Below are positions 51,845 through 64,000 of a stretch of 64,000 nt of DNA, one piece after another. The DNA is from Mesotaenium endlicherianum (lineage: Eukaryota). The notes beneath the pieces are model-generated. The model saw only the letters and a program-made list of their open reading frames with translations. It was not told where the DNA came from and searched no databases. The stretch is from positions 173,828 through 237,827 of the forward strand of contig WELA01001035.1 of NCBI GenBank assembly GCA_009602735.1, given 5' to 3'. Made by a program: the position numbers and the translations under genes. The first letter of the stretch is position 1, and the number at the start of each line of letters is the position of its first letter.

Positions 51845-54800
51845 CCCCGCAGCCCCACCCCCCCTGCCCCTCTCATTGTACCCGTACGCCTGCGCATGCT
51901 CCGCATACATGCTCGCGCCGCACTCCAGGCCGGCAGAGGAGGCCGACAGCTGCCGGTGGGGAGGATGCACCTGGACCTGCTGCTGCCCGTGATACGGTGC
52001 ACCGCCACCCGCCTGGGCGAAGTACGAGCCCAAGTACGGACCCGGCACGCCCAGCTGTTCCATCTCACTTTTCACAACGATGCCCCCGCCGCCGCTGCCG
52101 CCGCCACCGCCCAGGCCCATGGCCAGCGCCCCTGCAGCGCCACCTTGCACCATCCCGCTCGCTGCGCAGTCCCCATACGCCGCTGAGCAGGCAGCCCCTC
52201 CTGCCGTCAGTGCCCAGCCGCCTGCCCCCCCGCTGCTCTGCATAGCCTGCGCCTGACCCCCCCCCGCCGCCTCCGCGCCCCCCACGTGCAGCTGCTGCTG
52301 GTGCTGCTGGTGGTGGTGCGGCTGCTGCTGCTGCTGGGGTTCCGGCTCCTGCTCGTGCTTGTGCTCGTCATGCTGGTGCTGTTGCTGGTGCTCGTGCTGC
52401 TGCAGCGGCAGCTGCTGGTGCGGCAGCAGCTGCAGCTCCTCGTCAACCTGGTACTGCACGAGCGCGCGCGACACGGCGTCCGTGATGGCGGACGGGTCCA
52501 CGCGCTTCTTCATGCAGCTGTTCCAGTGGTTCTTTATTGAGTTGTCCGTCCTGCTCCCCCGCCCGCCCGCCCGCCCGCACCACCACGGAAGCAACATCAG
52601 CTTTCCGTGTCAGCGTGCTCGCCCGTCCGCCTGCTGATAGCAGCCATTGCACCCCCCACCATGCATGCGACGTTTGCGAGCCACATGCTTGGCCAAGAGC
52701 ACAAGGGGCACTGCGCCAGGAGGCGAAGTATTGAGGTGGGTGGAGCCCGGGCAATCTCTCTGTAAGCGCTGTCAGTGCAGAGGCGCGCTGCAGGCAAGCA
52801 CTCCCGTCACCCTTGCAGTCAAGCCCCACGCACCCGGTCCCTCCTGACGTGCTTGATCCCTCATAGCTTGCTTGCTGCATGGCAGCTGCTACTCGACACC
52901 AGAGAGCACATTCGCTCCGCGGAATCAAATGCGGAGGCACAGAAGCAGTCGCCACCTGCCGCATCCTCGCTCCTCTCCCCCGCCCCACACCCGGTACACC
53001 CCCCCNNNNNNNNNNNNNNNNNNNNNNNNNNNNNNNNNNNNNNNCCCCCCCTTCCCTAATCCCCGTCTGTATGAGTGCCAAGAATCTCTGCGTGCACTGC
53101 CACCAGCAGGCGGCAATGGAACCGGGCACCGTGCTTGCCCTACATGTTTGCAGAGAGCGGGAGAAAAGGCTGCTGATGTCCCCAGCAAAAGAGGGGCGCA
53201 GGACAACCAGGAGGGGGGGGATGCACCGGTGCGGTAGTAAGGTGCAAAGAGAAGGGAGAACAAAGGGCGGAATCGACCCGGAGGAGGGGGCAAGGAGAAG
53301 GAGGGGAGCAAACCTTCCCGGCAGGAACTTTGCGATCTCAGCCCACTTGTTGCCAAACGTGCGGTGGGCCTTGATGAGCGCCAGGTCCTCCTCCTCCGTC
53401 CACGAGTCCCGCTTTATGTTGGGGTTCAGGTGGTTGTGCCACCTATCGCACCCTCGCAGAGGAGACAGATTGACGTGCAGACAGACGCGTGAGCGAGTGT
53501 GAGAGAGAGGAAGAGGAGGGGGGGCGGACGGGAGGTAGGTGGAGGCGGAGGGCGGGATGGGAGGTAGAGCCAGACAGGGAGGGAGGCAGAGGGAGAAGGA
53601 AGAGAAGAAAACACAAACAGAGAGGGAGAAAGAGGGAGGACGAGAGACGTGCGGCTCCGCCGGGTGCTCGAGAGAGCTGAGGCAATCTCAGGTGATTCGG
53701 AAGCGCCGGGTGGGCCAAAGACAATCGGCATGCACCGAATGTTTGGATGTTTGAGCCTTAGGGTACTCCAGACGATGGGGTAGGGTTGTAACATGGGGCG
53801 TCCCTGCCACTCTGCCTGGGCGAGGCATGCGCGCGCAAGTCGAGCGCGCCTAAGAGGAGGGGGGAGGTGCTGGCCGCCCTTCTGTCTGCCTCTTATTGCT
53901 CGCCTGCTCGGCCGCCCGCACATGGCGGTGCAGTGCGCTGCCAAAGCCAGAGAGGGAGCATGACATGTCGCCATGCTGACGGGACGGATTCGGAATGGGG
54001 CCTGATGCTGATTCTTGTTGCGGCGTGTCTGCGAGGCCACCTGTCCAGCCTGGCTGGCTGGCAGGCCGGCCCGCTGCATGAACCCGCCAGGAGAGGGAGA
54101 GCAGGCGCACTTCACACAGGCAAGCACTCACTCAGTCTGCGCGTGCTGCCTCAGTCTGCCAAGCAGGCCGGGAGGGGGAGGGAGCATGCCCGCAACGGGT
54201 GTCCCCTGGAGGTAGGTGGACATCCATGAAGTAGGTTCCCATGTACATAGACTACAACGATGTATGACGCGTGCTCTCATCGTCCTCACACGCCCCGCTC
54301 ACACGGCGCATGGGTGGGTGGGTGGGCATGCCAAGGGGCATGCTTCTACATCATGCGCTTGCTTGCCATGCCTCCGCGCGCGCGCGCGCGTAACTTCAGT
54401 GCTTGCTCGTGCCCCGCGCGTACGTCTGTTCACACCGTGGGGTGACTCGGCGTGCCTCCATGCGTGCACTCGACCACATTGCTGGGTCACCTGCCGTTAT
54501 GTGTTACTAGTACCCCTGTCCAGAGTGCCCCCTCACTTGCTGTGCCTCCGCGTGTCCACCTGTTTGCATTGCTCGTTCACTGGCAGCACCTCCCGGGTGC
54601 GCATGTGCGGGTGCGCACAAGCTCGCTGCTCGCCTCTTGCGGCGCGTTCACATAGTTTGCTTACTCTCGTCATGCCTGGGTGTATGCGCGTGCGCACGCG
54701 CGCGCGCTTTTTGCGGCTCTCACCTCTCGCGACACTGCTTGCCGATGCGGCCGGGGAGGTTCTGTGCGATGACAGACCATTTCTTGGCTCCGTATTTCTC

Positions 54801-56839
54801 CACCAGCTCTAAAATGCGCTCGTCCTCCTGCCGCCCGCCCGCATGCCACACAGCCAGCCAGCAGCAGCGAGTACGGCCAGGCAGGCACCAGACCCCCTGT
54901 GAGCCTTCTCTCCGCCACTAGCAGCCGTGGGAGAGGTGACAGATGTCGCGCCCCACGCAGGTAGGCGAGCAGTGCACTCACACGCACAAACACTCTGCCA
55001 AACTCATAGACACGCTCACACAGATGCCCCGCACAGCTTGCGTCCTCTTTCTTTTGTACCTTTGGCACACGCCAACCACGCCTACGACCTATCTCAAGTA
55101 CGCCTACACCGACTCCCCGCCACGCCTGTGCCAACACCCCTCTGCACAAGGTCGTCCGAACAGCAGCAGCAGCAGCAGGAGACAGAATACTTTGTTGTCA
55201 GGGTGGAGACGGATGCAAGTATCCCCCCCGTTACAGCTGTCAGGCAGGCACGCCTGCAACAAGAGCCCCCTGGATGCGCCCAGTAGCAGGCGCACGCGGG
55301 AGGAAGGGGCTGGCTTGGTGGGAGGCCGCCTCACCTCTTTGGTCCAGGGCCCCTTGACCAGCGCGGGGTTGAGGACCTTCTGCCACCTGTGCAGGCACTG
55401 CACGTCGCTCCGGTCCGTGAAGAACTCGGCTGCAGGCCCCCCTCCCGCCGCGCATTCCCCATCAGACAAGCACACACAGAGGGAGAGAGAGGGGAGGGGA
55501 GAGAGAGGAACACGCGGGCGAGAGAGGGACAGAGGGAGCCAAACGCAGCGGCCCTAGCACCCTTGCCTATCCTGCTGCTCCTGCTCCCCTAGCCCTAGTT
55601 GCAGCGGCCGCGGTAAGAAGCCACTTACCGATTCAACAAGACATGCGGGGTACACAGAGACTGTCCTACAACAAGTTCCGCACAAGCCAATCACAGACAG
55701 CCACATCAGCATCCAGTACGCCCTGCGCTGCGCTTGAGGAGGCGATGCCCTCCTTACACTTGTCACTGTCGCTGCAAGGGGCGCATGCTGCGCGTATGCT
55801 GCACCCTCTCGGCCACACACCCTGACGACTTGCCACGATGATGCAGATGCCGCGGATGCGAAGGAGCGCCACATCAGCCCCTACATGCCATATCAACTCC
55901 CGTGTTGGCCTTGACTACCTGGCCTACATCTGACGCAAAACCCGGGTGGACGACAGCCATGGCGGACATTCTGGGGGTAACTGACCTATTTTCTTCCAGT
56001 TCTTCCCCTTGTAGCACTGGACAGCTCGGCGGAGAATCTCGTCCTGGAAGCAAGCAAAAAGAGATCACCAAGAGGAGAGCTCTCAGACCCTGCACCAGGC
56101 TCTGCTGCTGTCATTGTCGGGAGATGTCGCAAAAATGTCTCCTGACACAGACGACATGCAAGCGTGCTTGTCCTCCCCCTCAAGTGCCTAGCTCTGACGC
56201 TTTCATGTGCGCATTTTGAACCATGGGGAAATTTTTCTTTGAAATCCAAGGCTACAGGGGTTGAACGAATCAAAATCCTCTGATCACCTGTTCAGCTTCA
56301 GTGGAAGGCGAAAGGGAGAATTACCGAATCTCTTCCTAAAGTTTGGGCCAGTGAGCTTATGTGCTGAGAAAAATCTGGTGACCGATTTAGACAACTGAGC
56401 ATTCATATCCACCAGATTCACGCACGCCTCTATGCATGCAATTACATATTGTAGGTTTCCACCCCCTAAAGAGTCGACATGAAAATCTACGGTCACAAGA
56501 AAATGATTATGACACCTACCTCTTCTGGCGTCCATCCTCCCTTGGAAGAACGTCTGGTTGGTCCCCCGGTTGGCCTGCAAAAGCATAATCCAATGTCAAA
56601 GAAGGGTTTTCTTTCAGAAGTTTATTCATATTTCGAATTTTCTCAGACCCCTCCTCTTTCATGTACACGTACCCTTCAACTGGAGGAAGATTCTGAATCA
56701 ATACGTCTCCCGAAGTTCCCCCCTCAGAAGATGAGGCCTGTGCTCCGTGTGTGTGCCCTGAGGAAGGAATACTCTGATTTAGAAACCCACTACTTATGTT
56801 AAGCCCACCCATCTCCATTGCTGGAGTTATGTCAGCCAT
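45338..56839 (-). CDS. MYB3R: Three-repeat (R1R2R3) c-Myb-like transcription factor, activator/A-type MYB3R; about 10 exons
   Basis: GPTRRSSKGGWTPEE|DEILRRAVQCYKGKNWKKI|AEFFTDRSDVQCLHRWQKVLNPALVKGPWTKE|EDE..IGKQCRER|WHNHLNPNIKRDSWTEEED..GNKWAEIAKFLPGR|TDNSIKNHWNS. C-terminal motifs YEPP, LRSAAKTFRSTPSILRKR and FSPSMYLLRECR*. Confidence 0.96.
46959..47020. repeat. 9-bp tandem repeat (ATGTGCGCC)n in a MYB3R intron
   Basis: About 6-7 near-perfect units seen directly. Confidence 0.9.
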
Positions 56840-56969
56840 TTTCAGGAGACCTCATGCTAAATCTCCACGCTACTGATAAAACTCTCCATGGAGGTTATCA
56901 AGACATATTATTTGTGTTCGCTGCTATTGCCGCATCAACCATGGCCAGTTGGCAGTGGTTGGCATCCAT
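56832..56969 (-). promoter_or_regulatory. Three tandem upstream ORFs in the probable MYB3R 5' leader
   Basis: 56969-56898 (MDANHCQLAMVDAAIAANTNNMS*), 56889-56857 (MESFISSVEI*) and 56855-56832 (MRSPENG*, overlapping the main ATG at 56839). They lie downstream of a candidate acceptor TTTACAG at ~56990. Confidence 0.55.
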
Positions 56970-57782
56970 GATCCTCCCAATGGCCCTGGCTGTAAATTAG
57001 ACGGGGATGAGAAGACGAGGGAGAATTACTCTGCCAGCGGCTGCCTCGGGGAACGCAACGGCACGATTACTTTTTGTGTCACCAGTTTGAAATCCAAGTA
57101 GCTCAACGTCTTTCATCTTCCTCCACACCGGCTTATCGGTCCGTACCACTACATCGGCTTACCACCAATTTCAAGAATTCGTCTCCGAGCATTTTCTGAA
57201 TTTGTCCGAGGCCACCCGAGGCCACCCGAGGCAGTCCGAGTGCGTCCAAGTGTAGTACATGTGGAACCTTGACGCTTTTCAGGGTGCGTGCACGGTTATT
57301 GTACGGCGCTAAGAAAAAGTTTCAAAACTGCTCAACTATAAACGTGAGGAAATACGGTTGCAGCTGGTTGCAGGTGAGTGTCCCACTTGGCGGGTTTTCA
57401 CCTTGAGCAGAAATCCTGCCGGGTCTTCAGAATCGATGAGAATAGGTTGGAATAGGTGGCAAAAAATGACCCAGGCGAAACCCAGGGCATACCTGTCCAT
57501 GCCTGTCCATTCCAGTCAATACCTGTCCGCTCCCTGTGGCTTTTGCCGAAGCGCATCGAAGCCAGTACGATCGAGGTCAATCGCGACGCTGCTGTGGTTG
57601 GAAGTCTTGTGAGGGTTGCCCTTGGAACTTGGACCTCGATTTGAAATGCGATTCACGACCAGTTCACGACTTCCGCAGAGATGCCGTTGTACAGATAGAA
57701 CATGTCAATTCAGTGGCGGTGTGGGATGTGCGAGAGAAAAGGAAACCAAAGAACATATGGCTAATGAGAACAAAAAGCAAAA

Positions 57783-57856
57783 TGGTTTCCGCCGGGTTCG
57801 AACCGGCGACCTTCTGCGTGTGAGGCAGACGTGATAACCAACTACACCAGGAAACC
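57783..57856 (-). tRNA. tRNA-Val (anticodon CAC)
   Basis: Minus strand GGTTTCC TG GTGTAGTTGGTTATCAC G TCTGC CT CAC AC GCAGA AGGTC GCCGG TTCGAAC CCGGC GGAAACC A folds into a cloverleaf. It is followed by TTTTGCTTTTT, a Pol III terminator. Confidence 0.97.
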
Positions 57857-58023
57857 GAGTGAACACTCCGGTGATAACTAACATATTACTTCGTTAACCT
57901 GCTATCAAACGCGATGCAGATCAAGGGATTCGATGTCGCGCCAACTACTAGTTCGGCGCGGCACGTGTGGGCAAAGTCACGGCCGCCCAAGTACGAGAAA
58001 TCGAAGTTGCCTTACCGACCAAT

Positions 58024-59239
58024 TGTTTACATGTACAAGTTGACGTGGAAGACGTTAATCAGCCACACATGAGAATGTGATTGCAATTAATAAAACTTGA
58101 ATTCCAGCGATGGATGGAGAATTGACAGGGAAGTTATGGCAAGGATCACCCCATTAACCTGCAATGGTCTACTTCACCAGCTGCCAATTCAGATAAAGCT
58201 AAGTTGACTGCCACCTCAGCTGCTGCCGATTCACGTCACGCAAAGGGGGAGGTCAACCCTGCCATGGCCCATTGGCACGGCTACCACGACGTAGCTGCCA
58301 CGTCAGAGAACATGGTCTCGGCGGCCACGTCAAAGCACGTTGACCAAAAGGTTAAGCAGTCACGCACGAAGGTTACGGAGCTTGCATGCTAGTCGGCCTG
58401 ATGTGACATAATTTGAGCACGAATTGTTTTGAGAATTGCATGCATGCAAGAGCCTGTCAAAGGCACAAGCCTTACACACTCTTCCTCACTCCTTCCTTGC
58501 AAATTTTGCCACAGAAGCAAGAAGAAAAAGGAAAGAGAGAAGAAGAAAGAAGGAAGAAAGATCGCAACGGAGAAGGAAAAAAAAGACTCAAGGCCGCAAT
58601 CGAAGAGACACGCTTCAGCCGCGTAAGGATCTTTTGCTCCTCTCACGCTTTGTATCATAGAAGAGTTGAAATTCAGGAATTCCCAAACAGGCATTCTATA
58701 GTGAAAAATAGAGAGCTCGCAAATTCGATCAGCTAGGAGACTCTAGTGTAGGGTTTGATCAAGCACCACAAATGTGCGAATAGCACATAAATGGTGAAGT
58801 TTGTGTTAGTTTTTAAGTTCTCATAAGTCTCAATTGTCAAATTGCTAAAGCAAGAGCGAAGCTAGCAAGGAAACTCTTAGTGACAAACTGAGTGAGTCCA
58901 GCTTGCAATGAAGAGCTGGCAAGCGCAACTAAGAGAAAAAAGCTTAAGCCAGACTCTCATACATGCCATGGATTCAGAGTTATAGTAAGCTGGAACTTTG
59001 TAACGTTAGGAGAAAGCTCGGGTGGGTGTTTTTTTTTTTGAAAATTGGCATTACTTGTTAACTTGCTTACGTGATTTCCGCAAATTAGAATTTGGTCAAT
59101 TGTTTACCTCTCAACTTGGGCAAAAGCCTATTTGGTAGTAAGACACTTCTGTCTTACTTGTATGAAGAAATTTTTTGAGATTTTCGATTTTGCTAAATCC
59201 TGGAAAGGAATGTTGTAGGAGCCCTCGGTGTGAGCAACA
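58024..59239 (+). mobile_element. Probable solo LTR of a Gypsy-type retrotransposon
   Basis: TGTT start and ..CCCTCGGTGTGAGCAACA end, repeated GCCACGTCA motifs, a purine-rich tract and no credible ORF. The target-site duplication is imperfect (CCAAT/CCAGA), so the boundaries are uncertain. Confidence 0.4.
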
Positions 59240-59669
59240 CCAGAGAGACTCTAACCCTAAATTAGCTTGTGCCAGTGCAGGTTGACCAGCAGATAGTCAA
59301 CCACAAGCAATCTGCGACCGACACACGTGTGAAGGTTGATCGACCAGGTTGACTACCCTCGTGCAAGGATTCACCGACAAGTTGACCAAGTTAAGGACGC
59401 ACGCATAAGAAACTATCGGCACGTCGACCAGGTCGATGGCACACGTGCTGGGGTGTATCGCATGTGCCTTGGCCTCGATGCTTTTAGATACAACATCAAT
59501 TCTTCAATGCATACCTGGACGTGGGTTGGTATTCTTCGCCGATTCTGATTTCACATTCTTCATGTACTCCATTATTTTTATAATGTTACAAAATCTCTAT
59601 GAGTAAGTGTATTGTGTATACTTATATTATATACTTTTATCAAGATAATTGATGTAATATAAGATGATG

Positions 59670-61040
59670 TATAATTGTAGTGAAACAGATAGATAAATTA
59701 CTTAGTCAAATAGAATACTTTATCTAGTCAAGACAAGGATCTTTGAACACAAGTGGTAGCTTCTTGAAAGAGAGATGACTTCTTGAAAGTTAATATATTT
59801 CTGGAATTTGGCACGTACAAGAGGGATTATGGAATGTCTTTCTATGTTCTAGCTCTTGTTTATATACTTGCTACATAAGTAAGTTCTAGGAAGGTGTGTG
59901 TTGATGTGTTGGCACCCAACACATCCCAAAACTTGCCCCCTATTTCTAGAATAATGTACACATGTCCTTTTGACCTAAAAATGGCACATATGACTTTTGC
60001 CACATGGAGTTCTTTTAGGTCCTTCCTCTAACTTCGAAAATGCCTTAGAAGGTTCAAAGGACATGAACCAAGTTACTAGAGTACCTATTCACACTTGACT
60101 CCACACAATACTACTCCAAATATATTCAAAAGCATTAAAATATATGCAAACTAATATATTATAATTCAAATCACTAAACTAATAGTATAAGAAGGAATTT
60201 TGATGTATGATGAATGATACAAAATGGAGAAATTAAAAGAGATGTAACTTTGTTTGAAATAAAAGTTTTAGGAGTAGAAATAAGTGTTGAATAGTAAGTC
60301 TAGGGAGAAAAAAAAGGGTGGAGAGCCACACTAACTATAGGGTATTATGTTTCTTATATTTTGCTCTTGTCCTTTAACCTTGTTGTTTCATTGCTTCAAC
60401 TTTCTATGACTTCGATTGTACGCATGTAAACACTGCAGTGTACTTATTCTTTTCTTGGGTTCAACCATAAAGGTTAGAACTCTACCTCTCAATACTGAAT
60501 TGGGGTCTCATTTAAGTAGGTATTAAATATGTACTGATATGATTTGAAATATATTAGTTAGTTTTTACTTTGATATTTTTGAATATTTCTGGAGTACTGT
60601 TGTGTGGAGTCAAGTGTGAATAGCTAATCTAGTGACTTGGTTCATGTCCTTTGAACCTTCTGAGACATTTTCGAAGTTAGAGGAAGGACCTCGAAGAACT
60701 CCATGTGGCAAAAGTCAAACATACCATTTATAGGTTAAAAAGACATGTGTACATTATTCTAAAAAGAGGTGGCAAGTTTTGGGATGTGTTGGGTGCCAAC
60801 ACATCAACATGCACCTTCCTAGCAATTATTTACGTAGCAAGTATATAAACGAGAGCTACAACATAGGAAGGGCATTTTAGAATCACTCTTGTACTTGCCA
60901 AATTCAAAAAATATATTAATTTTCACGAAGCCATCTCTCTCTCAAGAAGCTACCACTTGTGTTCAAAGATCCTTGTCTTGTATAGATAAAGTATTCTATT
61001 TTATTAAATACTTTATCTATTTGTTTCACTACAAATTATA
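59670..61040. mobile_element. Non-autonomous foldback/MULE-like element with ~500-bp terminal inverted repeats
   Basis: 59670-60173 is the diverged reverse complement of 60540-61040 (e.g. CAAGACAAGGATCTTTGAACACAAGTGGTAGCTTCTTGA vs TCAAGAAGCTACCACTTGTGTTCAAAGATCCTTGTCTTG). The spacer is ~370 bp and AT-rich. Confidence 0.8.
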
Positions 61041-61589
61041 TAATGTCATATTTTATACCCATAATGCACAATTACAGCATCATTGTGCTCTATTCCCTTC
61101 CTCATTCTACACGTGTTACATCTCCACCCATAGACTATCTGCATTGCTCTCTTGTGGTTGCAAGCTTGATTTATAGCTGCTGCTATTTGCTTATTTTTCT
61201 TGTCTACTGTTGCTAATTGAAATGAATCTTGCTTATTCAAGATTAAAATACTTCATTTTAATATATAAGATCAGAGATAGGTGGAAGCGTGTGAAATCAG
61301 GGAGCGATCTTCGCCCTTATAATGAATTCCATTTACTCATCTACACCCCTTGACTCATTTACTGTAGTGTGCCATAGTTGCACACTAACACGAGGCACAA
61401 GTAAGAGGCGAGCTTGAGGACTTGAGCTTCTCCTTTAGAAACTCATGGCCTCTTGCCTACTAGGCATGCAAGCATGTATAGCACATGCATAACATCAGGG
61501 GACTGAATAGCAATGGCGCTCTCATTCAGGTGACCATAATGTAGCTAAAACACATCCCACTGACTTAGGTGCAAAACCATGGAATCTGT

Positions 61590-64000
61590 CCGTTGTGTGA
61601 CCCCAAAATGTAAGAGGGCATAAGTCTGCCAATACTACTTCAAATTGAGCAAACTTAACGGCAACGGATGCATCTTGACGAGACCTTTTCCGAAAGTTCT
61701 AGTTTGCTCCATTTGGAGCGCAGACGAAGCAGCCATGTGAATTTCCGTGAAGGCTGGTCATTAGAACGAACCCAAAAGTGCACACATGACTTGCAAGTAG
61801 AAATCCGACTGTAAAGCCTACTGTCCAGAATGAGGGACCACGAGATCCCAGCCTGCTATGTACCTAGTGACCACCTGGTTGACCACGGCGCAAGGTGCGC
61901 CGTTTCGTGGGAGACCCGTTAAGTTGGGACCCACGGATCTAGGTAAAACGACCATATTAATTGGTCGGTTGACTGAAGTCCTAACTGTTCAGTTGGCTGA
62001 CGACGGCTCCGCCCACCCAGGAGTTAACCACACTGGTAGGACATCGGTTTACCGAATCTTAGTCGACCTTCCGACTTTCAGTATACTACGGTCACATGTG
62101 CCAATCTACAAATAACAATCCAAATGAATATGTCTATCCTCAGCGTACTGAAGCTAAGTATATTGACTAATATCAAGCGAGCTTACTATATGTCAACCTA
62201 CTGATATTATATCCTATACATAATTGATGTACAAATCTCAGCAAACTACACTATGGTACAAAAGTCATCTTGCTGACCTTTTTGACAAAGTAAGTAAAAT
62301 TCGCATTACATCGACATACATTCATTTAGATGAATTCGCACATGTGAGTATATAGACATAATACTTATTTAGTGTTATATTTATATATGCAATTAATTAA
62401 ATAAAATAATGAATTGATTCATTACAATCTCCCCAACTTAAATCGTTGTCGCCTTGACAACACTCAACATATGATACTTTTATTTAAAAATACACTTCAG
62501 TCAACTAGGTGAAGCAAAGCAAGCAAACAAAACATGAGCGTGATATATTCACCTGTCCAGTGCAAGTAAAAATCAATCACAACAAATTGTCATGCAAGCA
62601 ACCATCTGACTTCACAATGATTGACTGAAGACATGCATGGACTTACCCCTACTCACAATAGTCCTTCCGGTTGAAAGACATAATAGAGCACCTCACACCA
62701 TGCAAACCACACCCAAATCAAACAGCCTCCTTTTGAGGTCAAAAGCTCAGCGTATTGAACTAAGCCTTTTCTCCTTCTCTTGGTCTTCAACTCCTGCCGT
62801 GCTCACACCTTGAAAGCTCTTCACAAGCAATTTTTTGTGACTTAGGTACCTGCTCAAAATTCAGCGTACTGAAGAAAAAGAGAGACCATCTGGTTTGATG
62901 GCATTGAATGCCCTCACAAGAAGAGTAACATCAGGTTAATGAGCCAATGAAAATTTTAAATTTTAACCACATTTTCAGAACAATTTAAGTTCAACGAAAC
63001 ATATGGTTTTGAGCAATATGCTGGTCACCTCAAGCAGTTCTCTGATGTGCCATGCATCATTGCTACCCAATCCAACTTATGGCAATGTACTTACTCAATT
63101 AGTACGTACACTTGCTCCAACAGTGTACCGCAACTCACAGTTTACACCAGTCAGTCACTGATGCTCCTGATATTAATGCAGTACATACATAGGACGTGGC
63201 AGTGTATGACTCAGTTAGTACATACACTTGCTGCAGAGTATGCAGGTAAGCACAGCTTACTGCATACTCCTAATACACATCCCATCTCCCTCTCCCCAAC
63301 TTAAATAGCTGTCGATCCGACAGCTTTAACCACATAAGCACACCAGAAAGTGCCTACAACTCCGCATCATAGGAACCACACAGAGTAACAGTCACAGAGG
63401 ATTGCGGAGGTACGAGTGGGTGGAGGAGAATCAACAAAGGAATACCGAGAGAGGACACAAAGTGCAAACACCCAAGTAAGCAAAAAAAACAAAAGAAAGT
63501 CCCTCCCTCCCAAAAATAAAAATAGTCCATTTTTCAAAATTAGATCAATGACCGGAGTGGCATAGGGAAGAGTGTACTGCCATTCAGACCCTCTCACCAC
63601 AAAGCCCTATCCATGAATAACCCAAACTCAAGCCAGCGTATTACATCCCTCCATTCGAGAGTGTAGATAGCTTGCTATGAGATGAAGACAACCGGCCCTA
63701 TTAGCAAGTTTATCCATACCCAGAAGTAGCTCAGTTAGCTGACTCTACCAATGCTTACATACAATGACTCATACTGGTCATTCCTAGCAAGACATACACA
63801 AAAATGACAACCACCCAATGGTGAGAGTCAACAATCAAAGAGAAGAGGGACCAGAAACAACCAACTATCATAGTTCTGATGTTTCAAGATACTCCCTCCT
63901 TCAGGCCTTACTGCCCGAAGTTGCCCAGAGGACAGGTGGGGAAGCGTCACGTGGCAGCGTCCAGCATGCCAACTCCTCGGCCTCTCTCGACCTGTATGCA
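61590..64000 (-). mobile_element. 3' end of an Athila-like Gypsy retrotransposon: 3' LTR starting at 62426 (reading leftward) and non-coding region with two polypurine tracts
   Basis: Minus-strand ATTTAAGTTGGGGAGA at 62443-62428 is followed by T-TGTAAT (LTR start TG). An identical tract lies at 63306-63291. The left LTR boundary was not determined. Confidence 0.6.

Noticed and set aside
47433..52245. Several long + strand ORFs (300-490 aa)
   Set aside because: Antisense shadows of GC-rich MYB3R exons.
57207..57240. CCGAGGCCAC 10-bp tandem upstream of MYB3R
   Set aside because: Three short copies; no function can be supported.

Overview
Eukaryotic, intron-rich draft-assembly DNA from a green plant lineage. 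The plant-type proteins, a U12 intron and an A-type MYB3R suggest a streptophyte alga (inference). Seven spliced genes are recognisable: BTAF1/MOT1 (-, runs off the window start), a NIPA-family Mg2+ transporter (+), importin-5/KETCH1 (+), PEX14 (+), ZSWIM7/SWS1 (-), CNOT9/RCD1 (+) and a very long three-repeat MYB3R (-). There is also a tRNA-Val(CAC), a frameshifted intronless pseudogene, a degenerate repeat region at about 37.8-40.8 kb, and a nested transposon cluster from 58 kb to the end (probable LTR, a ~500-bp-arm foldback element, an Athila-like 3' end with two PPTs). The most unusual signal is intron architecture. In the GC-rich interiors of five genes the 3' polypyrimidine tract is replaced by a G-tract, while the intron 5' end is C-rich, sometimes with exact complementary stems. 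This suggests structure-assisted splicing. Other points of interest are a U12 intron in BTAF1, a GC-AG intron in PEX14 and three tandem uORFs upstream of MYB3R. Exon models were read by eye.
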